A stretch of DNA of 29,359 nt from Fidelibacterota bacterium (GCA_043822705.1 JBDRBK010000130.1:1-29359); one strand, 5' to 3'; numbered from the stretch's first letter, positions 8,730-18,526 are shown. Made by a program: numbers and translations. The notes: generated by a model from the sequence alone, not told the origin.

Positions 8730-9116
8730 ATGAACCTACTGTTGACATTTGGAACGCGCATCGTAATACTGGCGCTGATCGCCTATTCGGTGGCGATATT
8801 TACCGAGCAGCGCCGCCACCTGATCATCGACCGCGTGCTGTGGTTTATAACGATCGGCGTTATCCTGGACATCACCGCCACCGTCTGCATGATTGCCGGC
8901 TCGCCCAACTCACCGTTTACCGTCCATGGTTTTATCGGTTATTCATCCCTGGCGGCGATGCTGATCGACGCCGTTCTGTTATGGAGCTACCGGCGAGTTC
9001 ATGATGCCACCACTATCGTGCCCCGGAAACTGCACCTGTACTCCCGGGCGGCCTATATCTGGTGGGTGCTGGCGTTCATCACCGGTGGTGTCCTGGTAGC
9101 ACTGAAATATAGCTGA
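8730..9116 (+). CDS. Four-TM membrane protein, HsmA/TIGR03987-like
   Basis: AAGGAG RBS; four hydrophobic helices; ALIAYSVAIFTEQ, GVILDITATVCM, HGFIG and LHLYS..W..AFITG resemble the HsmA family as recalled. Confidence 0.7.
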   Translation: MNLLLTFGTRIVILALIAYSVAIFTEQRRHLIIDRVLWFITIGVILDITATVCMIAGSPNSPFTVHGFIGYSSLAAMLIDAVLLWSYRRVHDATTIVPRKLHLYSRAAYIWWVLAFITGGVLVALKYS

Positions 9117-9345
9117 TTCGGTCGATCAGAACCTCCGTGCTTTGCCGCCGCGGCAAAATTATCCAGCGGCTGATTTGTTTGTTTTTGATATCCCCCTGCT
9201 TTATTAAGGAATAAATTGCCGGGCTTGCCAGTGGCCGGATTACAGAGTAACTTACCCGGGTAGCGGGGCAATGCCAGGCGAAAAAGTTGCGGATATCCAT
9301 AAAAATTAAACTGCTGCCGGATCGGAAACGGCGAAACCGGGCTTG

Positions 9346-10416
9346 ATGGATAAAATTCATCTGCTGGTCGTCGAAGACGATATTTGGATGGCGCGCCTGA
9401 TCGGTCACCGGTTGCGGTCGGAAAACTATGCCGTCGAATTTGTCGCTACCGGCCGCAAAGCCCTGACCTGGATTCGCCGCCACCCGGAGTCGATAATCCT
9501 GATCGACTATTTATTGCCCGACCTGACCGCCGCGGAAGTCATCCGCCGGACGCAGGAAGCCCGGATAACGGCGGATTTCGTCATCATGACCAGTCTCGAA
9601 GAAATCGGCATTGCCCTGGAGACAATGCGTTTAGGCATCCACGATTTTATTCTGAAAAACAAGGATTTTGCCATCAACCTGCCGCGGGTGCTGGACAAGG
9701 TACGGCAAAAACTACGGATTCAGGCCGAGCTGGCGGCCAGCACTGAACAATTACGAAAACTCTCCTCGCAACTGCAACTGTCGCAGGAGCAGGAACGGCG
9801 GCGCATCGCCCTGGAAATTCACGATGAGTTGGGCCAGTCGCTGACAGCCATCAAACTGGATTTGTGCTGGTTGCGCGATCAGGCGCCGACCGCGCTGTGG
9901 CCGACGATCAATGGCACAATTGAATTGACCGACCAGACCATCGAGACCGTCCGCCGCCTGTCGACCGAATTGCGGCCGCGGATTCTCGATCATCTGGGAT
10001 TCATCGCCGCGATCGAGTGGTATCTGACGGATTTCCAGAAACGGACGCGGATTGACTGCACTCTGAAGGTGACCGTGGACGAATTCGAGCCGCCGGAAGA
10101 TCAGGCCATCGCCCTGTTCCGGATCGTCCAGGAAGCGCTGACCAATGTCGTCCGGCATGCCCAGGCCAGCCGGGTAAGTGTTGCTGTCCGGCGGAAGGAA
10201 CGGAGCCTGGAGTTGAGCATCACCGATAACGGGGCAGGTATCGCTGCCGGCCGGATCGCAAAGCTCAATTCGCTGGGAATCATCGGCATGCAGGAACGGC
10301 TGCGTCCCTGGGGCGGAAAGGTTGTAATCGACAGTCCGGTCGCCGGTGGAACCAGGGTGCGGGCGCTGCTGCCGCTGACGGCGCCGGCGGAACCGGCCGG
10401 AGAACACCGCCAATGA
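9346..10416 (+). CDS. Receiver + HisKA_3 histidine kinase with no sensor domain
   Basis: N-terminal REC (VEDD, IDYLLPD, MTS, ILK); RRIALEIHDELGQSLT H-box; QEALTNVVRHA, DNGAG and GIIGMQER. Confidence 0.93.
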   Translation: MDKIHLLVVEDDIWMARLIGHRLRSENYAVEFVATGRKALTWIRRHPESIILIDYLLPDLTAAEVIRRTQEARITADFVIMTSLEEIGIALETMRLGIHDFILKNKDFAINLPRVLDKVRQKLRIQAELAASTEQLRKLSSQLQLSQEQERRRIALEIHDELGQSLTAIKLDLCWLRDQAPTALWPTINGTIELTDQTIETVRRLSTELRPRILDHLGFIAAIEWYLTDFQKRTRIDCTLKVTVDEFEPPEDQAIALFRIVQEALTNVVRHAQASRVSVAVRRKERSLELSITDNGAGIAAGRIAKLNSLGIIGMQERLRPWGGKVVIDSPVAGGTRVRALLPLTAPAEPAGEHRQ

Positions 10417-11051
10417 TCGCCGTATATATCGTCGACGACCACGCCCTGATCCGGGAAGGAATCAAGCGGATTGTCCTGAATACGGACGATATGCAAATCG
10501 TGGGGGAAGCCGGCGACGGACAGGAGTTGCTGCGGTCAATTGCCGACGATTCGTTCGGAATCGACGTCCTGTTGCTGGATATTTCATTGCCGGGACGCAA
10601 CGGTATCGATATCCTGAAACAGGTAAAAAGCCTGCGGCCCGCCCTGGCGGTGTTGATGCTCAGCATCATGTCGGAGGAGGAATATGCCCTGCGGGCGTTG
10701 CGGGCCGGCGCGGCCGGCTTCATGCGCAAGGAAAGCACGCCCGATGAACTGATCGACGCGATCAGGAAAATCCACGGTGGCGGGAAATATATCAGTGCGA
10801 CGCTGGCGGAGAAATTGATCGACCTGACCCGGGACGGGGATGTAATAACCCACCACCAGCAATTATCGGATCGCGAATTGCAGGTACTGGGCCAGATCAG
10901 TGCCGGGAAGACCATCTCGGAAATTGCCCGTGACCTGTCACTGAGCGTCAAGACGATCAGCAATCTGCGGTTGCGGCTGTTGAAAAAAATGGGTATGTCC
11001 TCCAATGCCCAGTTGATGCACTATACAATCGAGAATAATCTGAAAATCTGA
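10413..11051 (+). CDS. NarL/UvrY-family response regulator (REC + LuxR HTH)
   Basis: VDDHALIREG, LDISLPG, LSDRELQV and IARDLSLSVKTIS; 4-nt overlap with the upstream kinase. Confidence 0.95.
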   Translation: MIAVYIVDDHALIREGIKRIVLNTDDMQIVGEAGDGQELLRSIADDSFGIDVLLLDISLPGRNGIDILKQVKSLRPALAVLMLSIMSEEEYALRALRAGAAGFMRKESTPDELIDAIRKIHGGGKYISATLAEKLIDLTRDGDVITHHQQLSDRELQVLGQISAGKTISEIARDLSLSVKTISNLRLRLLKKMGMSSNAQLMHYTIENNLKI

Positions 11052-11110
11052 ATTTTAGCGGTTCAATTTGATTTTACAGGCGGACCGTTTGATCATCCGC
11101 CACTTTTGCA

Positions 11111-11198
11111 TGTAGGATAAATCCCACACCGGACAGGGAACTGGTCCGGGCTATTATAGGACACCGTCTGATTTCCGTTTCTTCCAATAAAGTATAAT
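11111..11198 (+). promoter_or_regulatory. Putative NarL/UvrY-type operator array and promoter (copy 2)
   Basis: 18-bp imperfect palindrome TGTAGGATAAATCCCACA (11111-11128); ATAGGACACCGTCTGATT ending at 11173; TATAAT at 11193-11198. Confidence 0.65.
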
Positions 11199-11229
11199 AT
11201 TTAGCAGAAGATATGGAGATCGACGGAAA

Positions 11230-11790
11230 ATGAAAACAAAACTGATTCTCACCCAAATTGCCCTGTCAGTACTCTGTGCCCAAAATTTTACCTCGATCAG
11301 CATCAGCGGCAATTCCGGCGGCATCGGATACCGCGCCACTGCCGAGGCTGTCAATCTGGCCGCGGCGACGCCGGAAGTTCTGTCCGAAATCCATGACAAA
11401 TATTTATATGCCAGCCAGTACTCCAAGCGTAACCAGTGGAAGAACAAGCACGAATCGGCCAGTCGCGCTGTCGTTGTTGATATTCTGGTTCCATCCGGAA
11501 CAGTGTGCAAGGTCTATTGCAATAACGGTTTCAGCATCGGCGATTTATCGGTCAACAGTGTCACCGGGGACCGGTTGATTGTCAGCGATGCAAGTGGCAA
11601 TCAAAAAGACATTCTATTGAGCAGTATCGTTAAAATTGAGATCGACGACTCCCGGTCGAACAGCCGTAAAGACGGCGGCCTGATTGCGGCCCTGGGGAAA
11701 ATCATCAGTGGCCGTGACCCGGTGGTTGTGAACCTGGGCTGGTTGTCGCTGACCGAAAAAGCGCAAACGATCCAAAAAGTCTTCTTATAA
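11230..11790 (+). CDS. Hypothetical secreted protein (186 aa)
   Basis: GGAG upstream; Sec-type N-terminus MKTKLILTQIALSVLCA|Q; no recognised domain. Confidence 0.7.
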   Translation: MKTKLILTQIALSVLCAQNFTSISISGNSGGIGYRATAEAVNLAAATPEVLSEIHDKYLYASQYSKRNQWKNKHESASRAVVVDILVPSGTVCKVYCNNGFSIGDLSVNSVTGDRLIVSDASGNQKDILLSSIVKIEIDDSRSNSRKDGGLIAALGKIISGRDPVVVNLGWLSLTEKAQTIQKVFL

Positions 11791-11853
11791 TACGGCTGCG
11801 GGATGGCAGTTAATTCAGCGCTAAATCCCGCTATCAATTTTTATGTCAATCCT

Positions 11854-11888
11854 GTCGGTACGGCCGGTTTTTAACCGACCATTTTTTT
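11854..11888 (+). terminator. Possible intrinsic terminator
   Basis: GTCGGT/ACCGAC stem with a 14-nt loop followed by T7; a second GCGGGAT/ATCCCGC stem lies just upstream. Confidence 0.4.
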
Positions 11889-12220
11889 ATCCGGCACCGG
11901 CAGCATCTTAGCAGTTGAGAAATCAGACTAACTTTTAATAACAGTAGTGTAAATTATCTTTTTTATGTAACTTGTTCCGTAGAAGGGGGTTAGTGAATGG
12001 GAATTAATTATGGAAACGATTTGTGATCACTACACAAACTAAACCGGTTAAAATAGTACTTTATGTATATCGATCCAAAAAGGGGTAGCATGGAAAATCG
12101 AATGCGGAGTAAATCAGTATTCCATTTCAGGCGATTTTCCGTGGTAACGCCTTTGGTTTACTTCGGGATCGATCAATGTGAAATTCTTCGGACAATATCA
12201 ATAATCAGGCAGGTTGTGGA

Positions 12221-15200
12221 ATGAAAAAAGATCGGGAAATCGAGTGCTTGCAAGCACGCATCAGCGAGCTGGAGCAGATTGTTGAAAACTATGACCAGGT
12301 CAAACGAATCGCTGAAGAAGATCTGATTAAAGAACAATGGTTATTCGACAATATTTCCATGGGATTTGCCTACCATCAGATCGTGCTGGATACTGAGCAG
12401 CGGCCGGTGGACTATATTTTTCTACGGGTGAATGATACATTTGAAAAATTGACCGGTCTGAAGAAGGACGAGATTATCGGCCGCAAAGCCACCGAAGTGC
12501 TGCCCGGAATCGAAAACGATCCGGCGGATTGGATCGGGCGCTACGGGCGAGTCGCCCTGACCGGGGAAGTACTCCATTTCGAACAGTATTCAGAACAACT
12601 CCAGAAATTGTATTCGGTAACCGCCTATAGCCCTGCAAACAAGTATTTTGCAGCTATTTTTAACGATATCACGGAAATAAAACAAACAATTGCCAAAGAG
12701 CATTTCCAGAGCACGCTAATTGCCAATATGTTTGATGCCGTTTATATGGTCAGGGCAACCGACGGCATTATTGTATATGCCAATCTGGAATTCGAAAAAC
12801 TGTTTGGTTATTCGAGTAAGGAAATGATCGGACAGCATGTTTCGATCGTAAACGCGCCTGCAGCAAAGGAACCCGCAGAAACAGCCCGCGAAATTATTGA
12901 CATCCTGGCCAGGGAAGGCATCTGGGAAGGTGAAGTTCAAAATATTAATAAAGATGGTACTGTTTTTTGGTGTTTCGCCCGGGTTTCCACTTTCGATCAC
13001 CCCGAATATGGTAAAATATTATTAGCGGTTCATATTGATATCAGCGAACGAAAAAGAATCGAACAAAAACTGCTTGATCATCAGAGATTATTAAATGAAG
13101 TCGAGAAAATAACCTATATCGGCGGCTGGGAAATGGATATGATCACCCGTGAAGCCAATTGGACCAGGGGAACATATGATATTGCCGAGTTAGATTACGG
13201 TGATCCGATTCCAGGGCCGGATGAGCATATTTCCTGGTACCTGCCGGAATATCGACCGTTGATCGCCGAAGCGATGCGCCGGTTAATTGAAGAAGATGTA
13301 CCACTCGAGTTTGAAGCAATACTCAAGACGGCCAAAAACAACTTGAAATGGTGCCGGGCGATCGGCAAGGCGGTCCGGGAAGATGGAAAATGTGTAAAAG
13401 TATATGGCACATTTCAGGATATCACCGAAAGTAAGCTGTCTTCAGACACCTTAAAGATCAGTGAGAAAAAATACCGTGGACTGTTCAACGGTATCCGGGA
13501 TGCCATCCTGGTGGCGAATACCGCGCGGGAAATCATCGAATGCAACCCGGCCCTGACTGCATTGTTCGGCTATACACTGGCCGAAATCAAGGGCAAGCAG
13601 ACCGTATTTCTTTACGCCAGCCAGGAACAATTCATGGCAATGGGACAGGCCATTAAGGAGCACCAGGGTGACGAAGCGCCTTTCCTGTACACTATCGATT
13701 ACCGGAAAAAGAATGGTGAAATCTTTCCCGGTGAGACCGGAGTATATTTTTTAAAGGACGATAACGGTGAAATCACCGGTTTTATCGGCCTGATCCGTGA
13801 TATCTCCGACCGCGTTCGGGCCGAGCAGGCACTGCACGAAAGTGAATACCGATTCCGGACCCTGGTGGAAAGTTCGCCGCTGGGAATTATGCAGCTGGAC
13901 CGGGATTTACATATTATTTATGAGAATGCAGCCATTAAAACATTGTTAGGTGTTCCCAAAGGGGAAGATTCAATGGCTCTGGGGCAGGATTTTCGAACAG
14001 TGAGTAGCGCAATCAAAGCGGATTTGCTGGATGATATCGAGGCGCTCCGGAATGGTCAACAGGTTCGCAAGGAATTCAGTTTCAAATCCCTGTACGGGAA
14101 AGAATCCGAACTCGCTCTGTATGGCGTGCCCCTGCTGCGAGATGACCAGTTTGAAGGGGCGCTGTTGATGGTAGTGGATGTTACTGAACAGCGGCGCAAT
14201 GAGGCCCTGCTCAATGATTCGGTACAGACTCTAGCGGAAAAAAACCAATTCATCGAATCGATTATGGATCTGAGCCCGGATATAATGTATATCTATGATG
14301 TGATAAAGAAGGAAAATGTCTATTCCAACGAAGGGATCCAGAAAGTGCTGGGGTATTCTGTTAAACAAGTGCAGGAAATGGGCAGCAATTTGATTGCGAC
14401 TCTGATGCACCCTGATGATTTCCAGACCTATCTGGAATTGACCTATCCCAAATATGCCGTTGCCAGAGATAATGAATTAATCATTCATCAATTCCGGATG
14501 AAGCATAAGGATGGTAGTTGGTGCTGGCTGGACAGCACAGAAATAATTTTTTTGCGTCAAGATGATGGTACTCCCCGGCAAATTTTCGGTGTAATTCATG
14601 ATATTACAGAGCAAAAGTTAGTCAATGACAAACTGGTGGATGCCCAACAGGAAATCGAGAAGAACATAAGTTTCCTGGACACCGTCATTGATAGCAGTCC
14701 CTTTGCAATGTGGGTTTCAGATTCCAAAGGAGTGATGATCAGGTCGAACAGTACACTTTGTAAATTATTGCAGGTAACCGATGCAGATTTGATTGGGAAA
14801 TATAATGTATTGGAGGATGAAAACCTTATCAAGCAAGGCTTGATGAGTAATGTCCGTGAGGTGTTTGATATGTTGAAACCAACTCGTATAACTCTTTATT
14901 GGGTGGGCACAGATTCGGGCGATGTCGACCTGTCAGAGGCTAAAAAACTATGGGTTGATGCATCAATGTTTCCCATTACCGATGCGAAGGGCAAATTAGC
15001 AAATGTTGTCTGTCAATGGGTTGACATCACCGACCAGAAACTGGCCTTGGAAAAAATCCGGGAGAGTGAAAATCGTTTCCGCAGCCTGTTCCAGAGTATG
15101 AAAGCCGGTGTCGCCGTATATCGAGCCGTGAATAACGGGAAGGAATTTATCTTCGAAGATTTGAATCAAACCGGAGAAAAATTGACCAACGTCAGCCGGG

Positions 15201-15601
15201 ATGACGTAATTGGCAAAAAGGTGCAGGATGTATTCCCCGGTGTCAAGGAAATGGGTTTATTCGAGGTATTCAAAAAAGTCTGGAAAACCGGTAAACCAGT
15301 TGCCCACCCGGTATCCGAATACAAGGATGATCAATTGTCATTCTGGACTGAAAATTATGTTTATAAGTTACCCAGTGGTGACATTGTTGCCATTTTCGAC
15401 GATCAGACCATTATTAAACAAGCTGAAGCGCAACTGCTGCATCATGCCCGTGAACTGGAGCAGAAGGTCAATGAGCGAACCAGCGAACTCCAGCAAAAGA
15501 TCGCCGAACTGGAACGTTTCCAAACCGCTACCATCGACCGCGAACTGCGGATGAAGGAATTACGCGACGAAATTGTCAAGCTGAAGCAAATTAAACAATG
15601 A
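12221..15601 (+). CDS. Cytoplasmic multi-PAS sensor (about 8 PAS domains) with terminal coiled coils and no catalytic output domain
   Basis: Eight PAS/PAC units ending NDITE, IDISE, QDITE, RDISD, VDVTE, HDITE, VDITD and DDQT; ends ELERFQTATIDRELRMKELRDEI; no H-box, HATPase, GGDEF or EAL. Confidence 0.92.
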   Translation: MKKDREIECLQARISELEQIVENYDQVKRIAEEDLIKEQWLFDNISMGFAYHQIVLDTEQRPVDYIFLRVNDTFEKLTGLKKDEIIGRKATEVLPGIENDPADWIGRYGRVALTGEVLHFEQYSEQLQKLYSVTAYSPANKYFAAIFNDITEIKQTIAKEHFQSTLIANMFDAVYMVRATDGIIVYANLEFEKLFGYSSKEMIGQHVSIVNAPAAKEPAETAREIIDILAREGIWEGEVQNINKDGTVFWCFARVSTFDHPEYGKILLAVHIDISERKRIEQKLLDHQRLLNEVEKITYIGGWEMDMITREANWTRGTYDIAELDYGDPIPGPDEHISWYLPEYRPLIAEAMRRLIEEDVPLEFEAILKTAKNNLKWCRAIGKAVREDGKCVKVYGTFQDITESKLSSDTLKISEKKYRGLFNGIRDAILVANTAREIIECNPALTALFGYTLAEIKGKQTVFLYASQEQFMAMGQAIKEHQGDEAPFLYTIDYRKKNGEIFPGETGVYFLKDDNGEITGFIGLIRDISDRVRAEQALHESEYRFRTLVESSPLGIMQLDRDLHIIYENAAIKTLLGVPKGEDSMALGQDFRTVSSAIKADLLDDIEALRNGQQVRKEFSFKSLYGKESELALYGVPLLRDDQFEGALLMVVDVTEQRRNEALLNDSVQTLAEKNQFIESIMDLSPDIMYIYDVIKKENVYSNEGIQKVLGYSVKQVQEMGSNLIATLMHPDDFQTYLELTYPKYAVARDNELIIHQFRMKHKDGSWCWLDSTEIIFLRQDDGTPRQIFGVIHDITEQKLVNDKLVDAQQEIEKNISFLDTVIDSSPFAMWVSDSKGVMIRSNSTLCKLLQVTDADLIGKYNVLEDENLIKQGLMSNVREVFDMLKPTRITLYWVGTDSGDVDLSEAKKLWVDASMFPITDAKGKLANVVCQWVDITDQKLALEKIRESENRFRSLFQSMKAGVAVYRAVNNGKEFIFEDLNQTGEKLTNVSRDDVIGKKVQDVFPGVKEMGLFEVFKKVWKTGKPVAHPVSEYKDDQLSFWTENYVYKLPSGDIVAIFDDQTIIKQAEAQLLHHARELEQKVNERTSELQQKIAELERFQTATIDRELRMKELRDEIVKLKQIKQ

Positions 15602-16848
15602 ACCTGAAAATCATTATTAATAACTGGTATACAATTATCGGCCGCTCCCGGGTCGCCACATTGGCGATCCTGCTGGGTTTGCTTTCGGTATGCAGCGCCT
15701 TCTTAATCGGACTGGTGGCCTATCGAACCACCTTCCGGGCTTCGGAGCAGTCCCATCAGCAGTTTTACCTGAATCAGGCACGCTTGCTGTCCCGGGCCGC
15801 CGGCCAGCTCGCAGCCGACCGGTCTGAAGCAGAAGTGCTGTCGCTGCTCTGGCAACTTTGGCATGGGTCAGGTTCGAAACCAGCGGACGAATACATCTGT
15901 ATTGTCGACAGTGGTTCCGTATTGCTGCTGCATTCGGCCGCGCCCACAACGGTCGGTAATTTTGCCGGTGATAATAAATTACTGGGCGTGACTGGTACCG
16001 GAATATCCTGCCTGTCAGACCTGGCCCGGGTGCCGCGCGACTATGTGGGTGAATATATCTCCAGTTCCGGCGAAAACCAGATTGCCGCTTTCGTTGGCAT
16101 TCCCGGCCGAAACTGGGTGTTAGGCGTCCACCGTTCCCGCACCGCCCTGCAATCACAGATCAGAGCCGATATCAATTATCTTAAAATTGGTTTTATCATC
16201 TTTACCGTACTATTGCTGCCGGTCTCACTGCTGCTGTTGTTCGGACTGATTATGGCATCACAGAAACGGGTCGCACTGCTGGACGCCGAACACCAGGCCA
16301 GTGAAAAACAATTTAAAGTGTATCTGGACAAACTACCGGTCGCCATCGCCATTTCCGATGAGCAGAACCGGGTGGAATTCCTGAACAGTACCTTCACCAC
16401 CGTATTTGGGTACACCAGACGGGATATCCCCACCACCGGTAAATGGTGGGAGTTGGCTTACCCGGATCAGCAGGTCCGGGAACGGGTGATCGCCACCTGG
16501 AACAAGGCCATCAGCGAAACAGCCGGTTCCGCCCGGGATATCGGACCGATCAGCCGGACCATCACCGCTAAAAACGGCGACCTGCTTGATATTGAGGTCA
16601 CCAGCACCCGGATTGGCCAGAAATTTCTGATTGTATTCAATAATATTACCAACCGCAGGCTAATCGAGGTCGAATTGCAACATTTAAACCAGGAACTGGA
16701 GCGGAAAATTTTTCAACGGACCATTGAACTACAGGCCAAAATCGATGAGCTGGAACGTTTTCGGGAAGCCACTGTCGATCGCGAATTGAAGATGGAGCAG
16801 TTGCGCGAACGGATTCGCCGATTTGAGGACGGAACCGGGAATAATTAA
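15598..16848 (+). CDS. Membrane sensor (2 TM, Cache-like extracytoplasmic domain, PAS, coiled coil) with no catalytic output domain
   Basis: Two TM helices flank YICIVDSGSVLLLHS..GEYISSSGENQIAAF..NWVLGV; one PAS domain (FGYTRRDI..NNITN); ends ELERFREATVDRELKM; ATGA overlap with the upstream gene. Confidence 0.88.
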   Translation: MNLKIIINNWYTIIGRSRVATLAILLGLLSVCSAFLIGLVAYRTTFRASEQSHQQFYLNQARLLSRAAGQLAADRSEAEVLSLLWQLWHGSGSKPADEYICIVDSGSVLLLHSAAPTTVGNFAGDNKLLGVTGTGISCLSDLARVPRDYVGEYISSSGENQIAAFVGIPGRNWVLGVHRSRTALQSQIRADINYLKIGFIIFTVLLLPVSLLLLFGLIMASQKRVALLDAEHQASEKQFKVYLDKLPVAIAISDEQNRVEFLNSTFTTVFGYTRRDIPTTGKWWELAYPDQQVRERVIATWNKAISETAGSARDIGPISRTITAKNGDLLDIEVTSTRIGQKFLIVFNNITNRRLIEVELQHLNQELERKIFQRTIELQAKIDELERFREATVDRELKMEQLRERIRRFEDGTGNN

Positions 16849-16849
16849 T

Positions 16850-18526
16850 ATGAATATTGGAATCAGAACGAAACTGTTGTCCGGCTTTCTTGCCATCCTG
16901 TTATTATTCGTTATCACGATAATCCTGGCGCTGAGCAGCATTAATCGCTTATTTGAATATAACCAGATGTTGTATCAACATCCGTTGCAGGTAACTTCCG
17001 CCGCCACGGAAATTCAGGCTTTGGTTGTCTCGATGCATCGCTGGATGAAGGATGTCACTTTGTCGGATAAACCCGAAGAGCGGCAATATTATCTCTCTCA
17101 AGTCGCGGCCGATGAGCAAGCTGTGCTGGAATATTTCGATATCATCGATCAGCGGATACTGGGGCAGGCCGGGCAGGAATTGGCCCGTGAAGTGCGCGCG
17201 GATTTCCAGCAGTGGCAACCGATCCGCGAGTGGGTCATCCGGCTTCTGGAAGAGGGAAAAATCCGCGATGCCCAACGGGTCACCCAGACTGAGGGCAATG
17301 AAATGGTGACATATTTAATCGCCCAGACCGGTCGCCTGCAGGACTACGCCGGGCAAAAAGCCAAAGGTTTCAGCGAAACTACGGCGGATACTGCCCGAAA
17401 ATCGCGGATAGCGATCGTTATGGGTTTGATCATTTACGGAATCTTTGGCACCGGACTGGCCCTCTACCTGGCTTTTTCCATCACCCACCGGCTGGCGGTA
17501 ATCGACCGGGTGGCGATGAAAATGGGGCAGGGCGATTTCAGTGAAAAAGCCGACGTCCGGGGCAACGACGAGCTGGCCCGGCTGGCGCGGAATTTTAATA
17601 AAATGGCCCGGCGACTGGCCGATTATCATCAGGTCCTGGAACAGCAGGTACAGGAACGCACTAAGTCCCTGACCGATGCCAATTTACAGTTACGTGAATT
17701 GCGTGACGGACTTGAGCTCAAGGTGGTCGAGCGGACGGCGGAACTGAATGATAAGATCGCGAAACTGGACCGCAGTCAGCGCGCCATGTTGTATATGGTC
17801 GAAGACCTAAATGAAACCAGTCGCACATTGCGGCAAGCCCAGCAGGAACTGGTGCGCCAGGAAAAGCTGGCGACCCTGGGACAGTTGGCCGGCAGTGTCG
17901 GTCATGAACTGCGCAACCCGCTGGGGGTCATCTCCAACGCTGTCTATTTCCTGAAAACAGTGCTGCCGGGCGGCGACACAAATGTCAGTGAATACCTGGA
18001 AATCATCCGTTCGGAAGTGGCCAATTCGGAACGGATCATTGCCGACCTGCTGGATTTTTCCCGCGCCAAACCGGTGCAGCGCGAGGAAGTCACCGTCGAC
18101 CAACTGGTGCAGACGGCACTGCACCGGAATCCGCCGCCCAAAAAAATAATGCTGGATTTTATCCCGGATTCCGGCCTGCCGGCGGCCTTCGTCGATCTAC
18201 ATCAGATCGGCCAGGTCCTGGAAAATGTGGTTATCAACGCCTACCAGGCGATCGCGGGAGAGGGGACGGTCAGTATCAGCACCAGGGCTGAAAACGGAAT
18301 GGTGGAGATCGTCGTGGCGGACAGCGGCGTGGGAATCCCCGCCGACCAGCTGGAAAAAATCTTCGAACCACTGCACACCACCAAAGCCCGTGGCATCGGG
18401 CTGGGGCTGACGGTCTCGAAAAACCTGCTGGAGAGCAACGGCGGTCAATTCCGGATTACTTCCGAGCCGGGGCGCGGCTCGGTGTTTACTTTAATTTTAC
18501 CAACACTGGAGACTATAAATGGATAA
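16850..18526 (+). CDS. Membrane histidine kinase (four-helix-bundle sensor, HAMP, coiled coil, HisKA, HATPase)
   Basis: MNIGIRTKLLSGF-TM start; HAMP (DELARLARNFNKMA); EKLATLGQLAGSVGHELRNPL; ENVVINAYQA, DSGVGI and GIGLGL; ATG two bases after the upstream stop. Confidence 0.95.
   Translation: MNIGIRTKLLSGFLAILLLFVITIILALSSINRLFEYNQMLYQHPLQVTSAATEIQALVVSMHRWMKDVTLSDKPEERQYYLSQVAADEQAVLEYFDIIDQRILGQAGQELAREVRADFQQWQPIREWVIRLLEEGKIRDAQRVTQTEGNEMVTYLIAQTGRLQDYAGQKAKGFSETTADTARKSRIAIVMGLIIYGIFGTGLALYLAFSITHRLAVIDRVAMKMGQGDFSEKADVRGNDELARLARNFNKMARRLADYHQVLEQQVQERTKSLTDANLQLRELRDGLELKVVERTAELNDKIAKLDRSQRAMLYMVEDLNETSRTLRQAQQELVRQEKLATLGQLAGSVGHELRNPLGVISNAVYFLKTVLPGGDTNVSEYLEIIRSEVANSERIIADLLDFSRAKPVQREEVTVDQLVQTALHRNPPPKKIMLDFIPDSGLPAAFVDLHQIGQVLENVVINAYQAIAGEGTVSISTRAENGMVEIVVADSGVGIPADQLEKIFEPLHTTKARGIGLGLTVSKNLLESNGGQFRITSEPGRGSVFTLILPTLETING

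Noticed and set aside
9140..9290. c-di-GMP-I riboswitch suggested by GGCAAA and GGTAGCGGGG
   Set aside because: The GAAA tetraloop stem, GACGCAAA junction and CTAA receptor are not present in the right order or spacing.
5490..10413. Long minus-strand ORFs (5490-6410, 6813-7436, 7437-7940, 9751-10413)
   Set aside because: Antisense shadows of GC-rich genes with clear family motifs; no independent coding signal.
15452..16848. Kinase-less PAS genes as truncated pseudogenes
   Set aside because: Both end after the same conserved tail, no kinase remnants follow, and the next gene starts at or across each stop codon.
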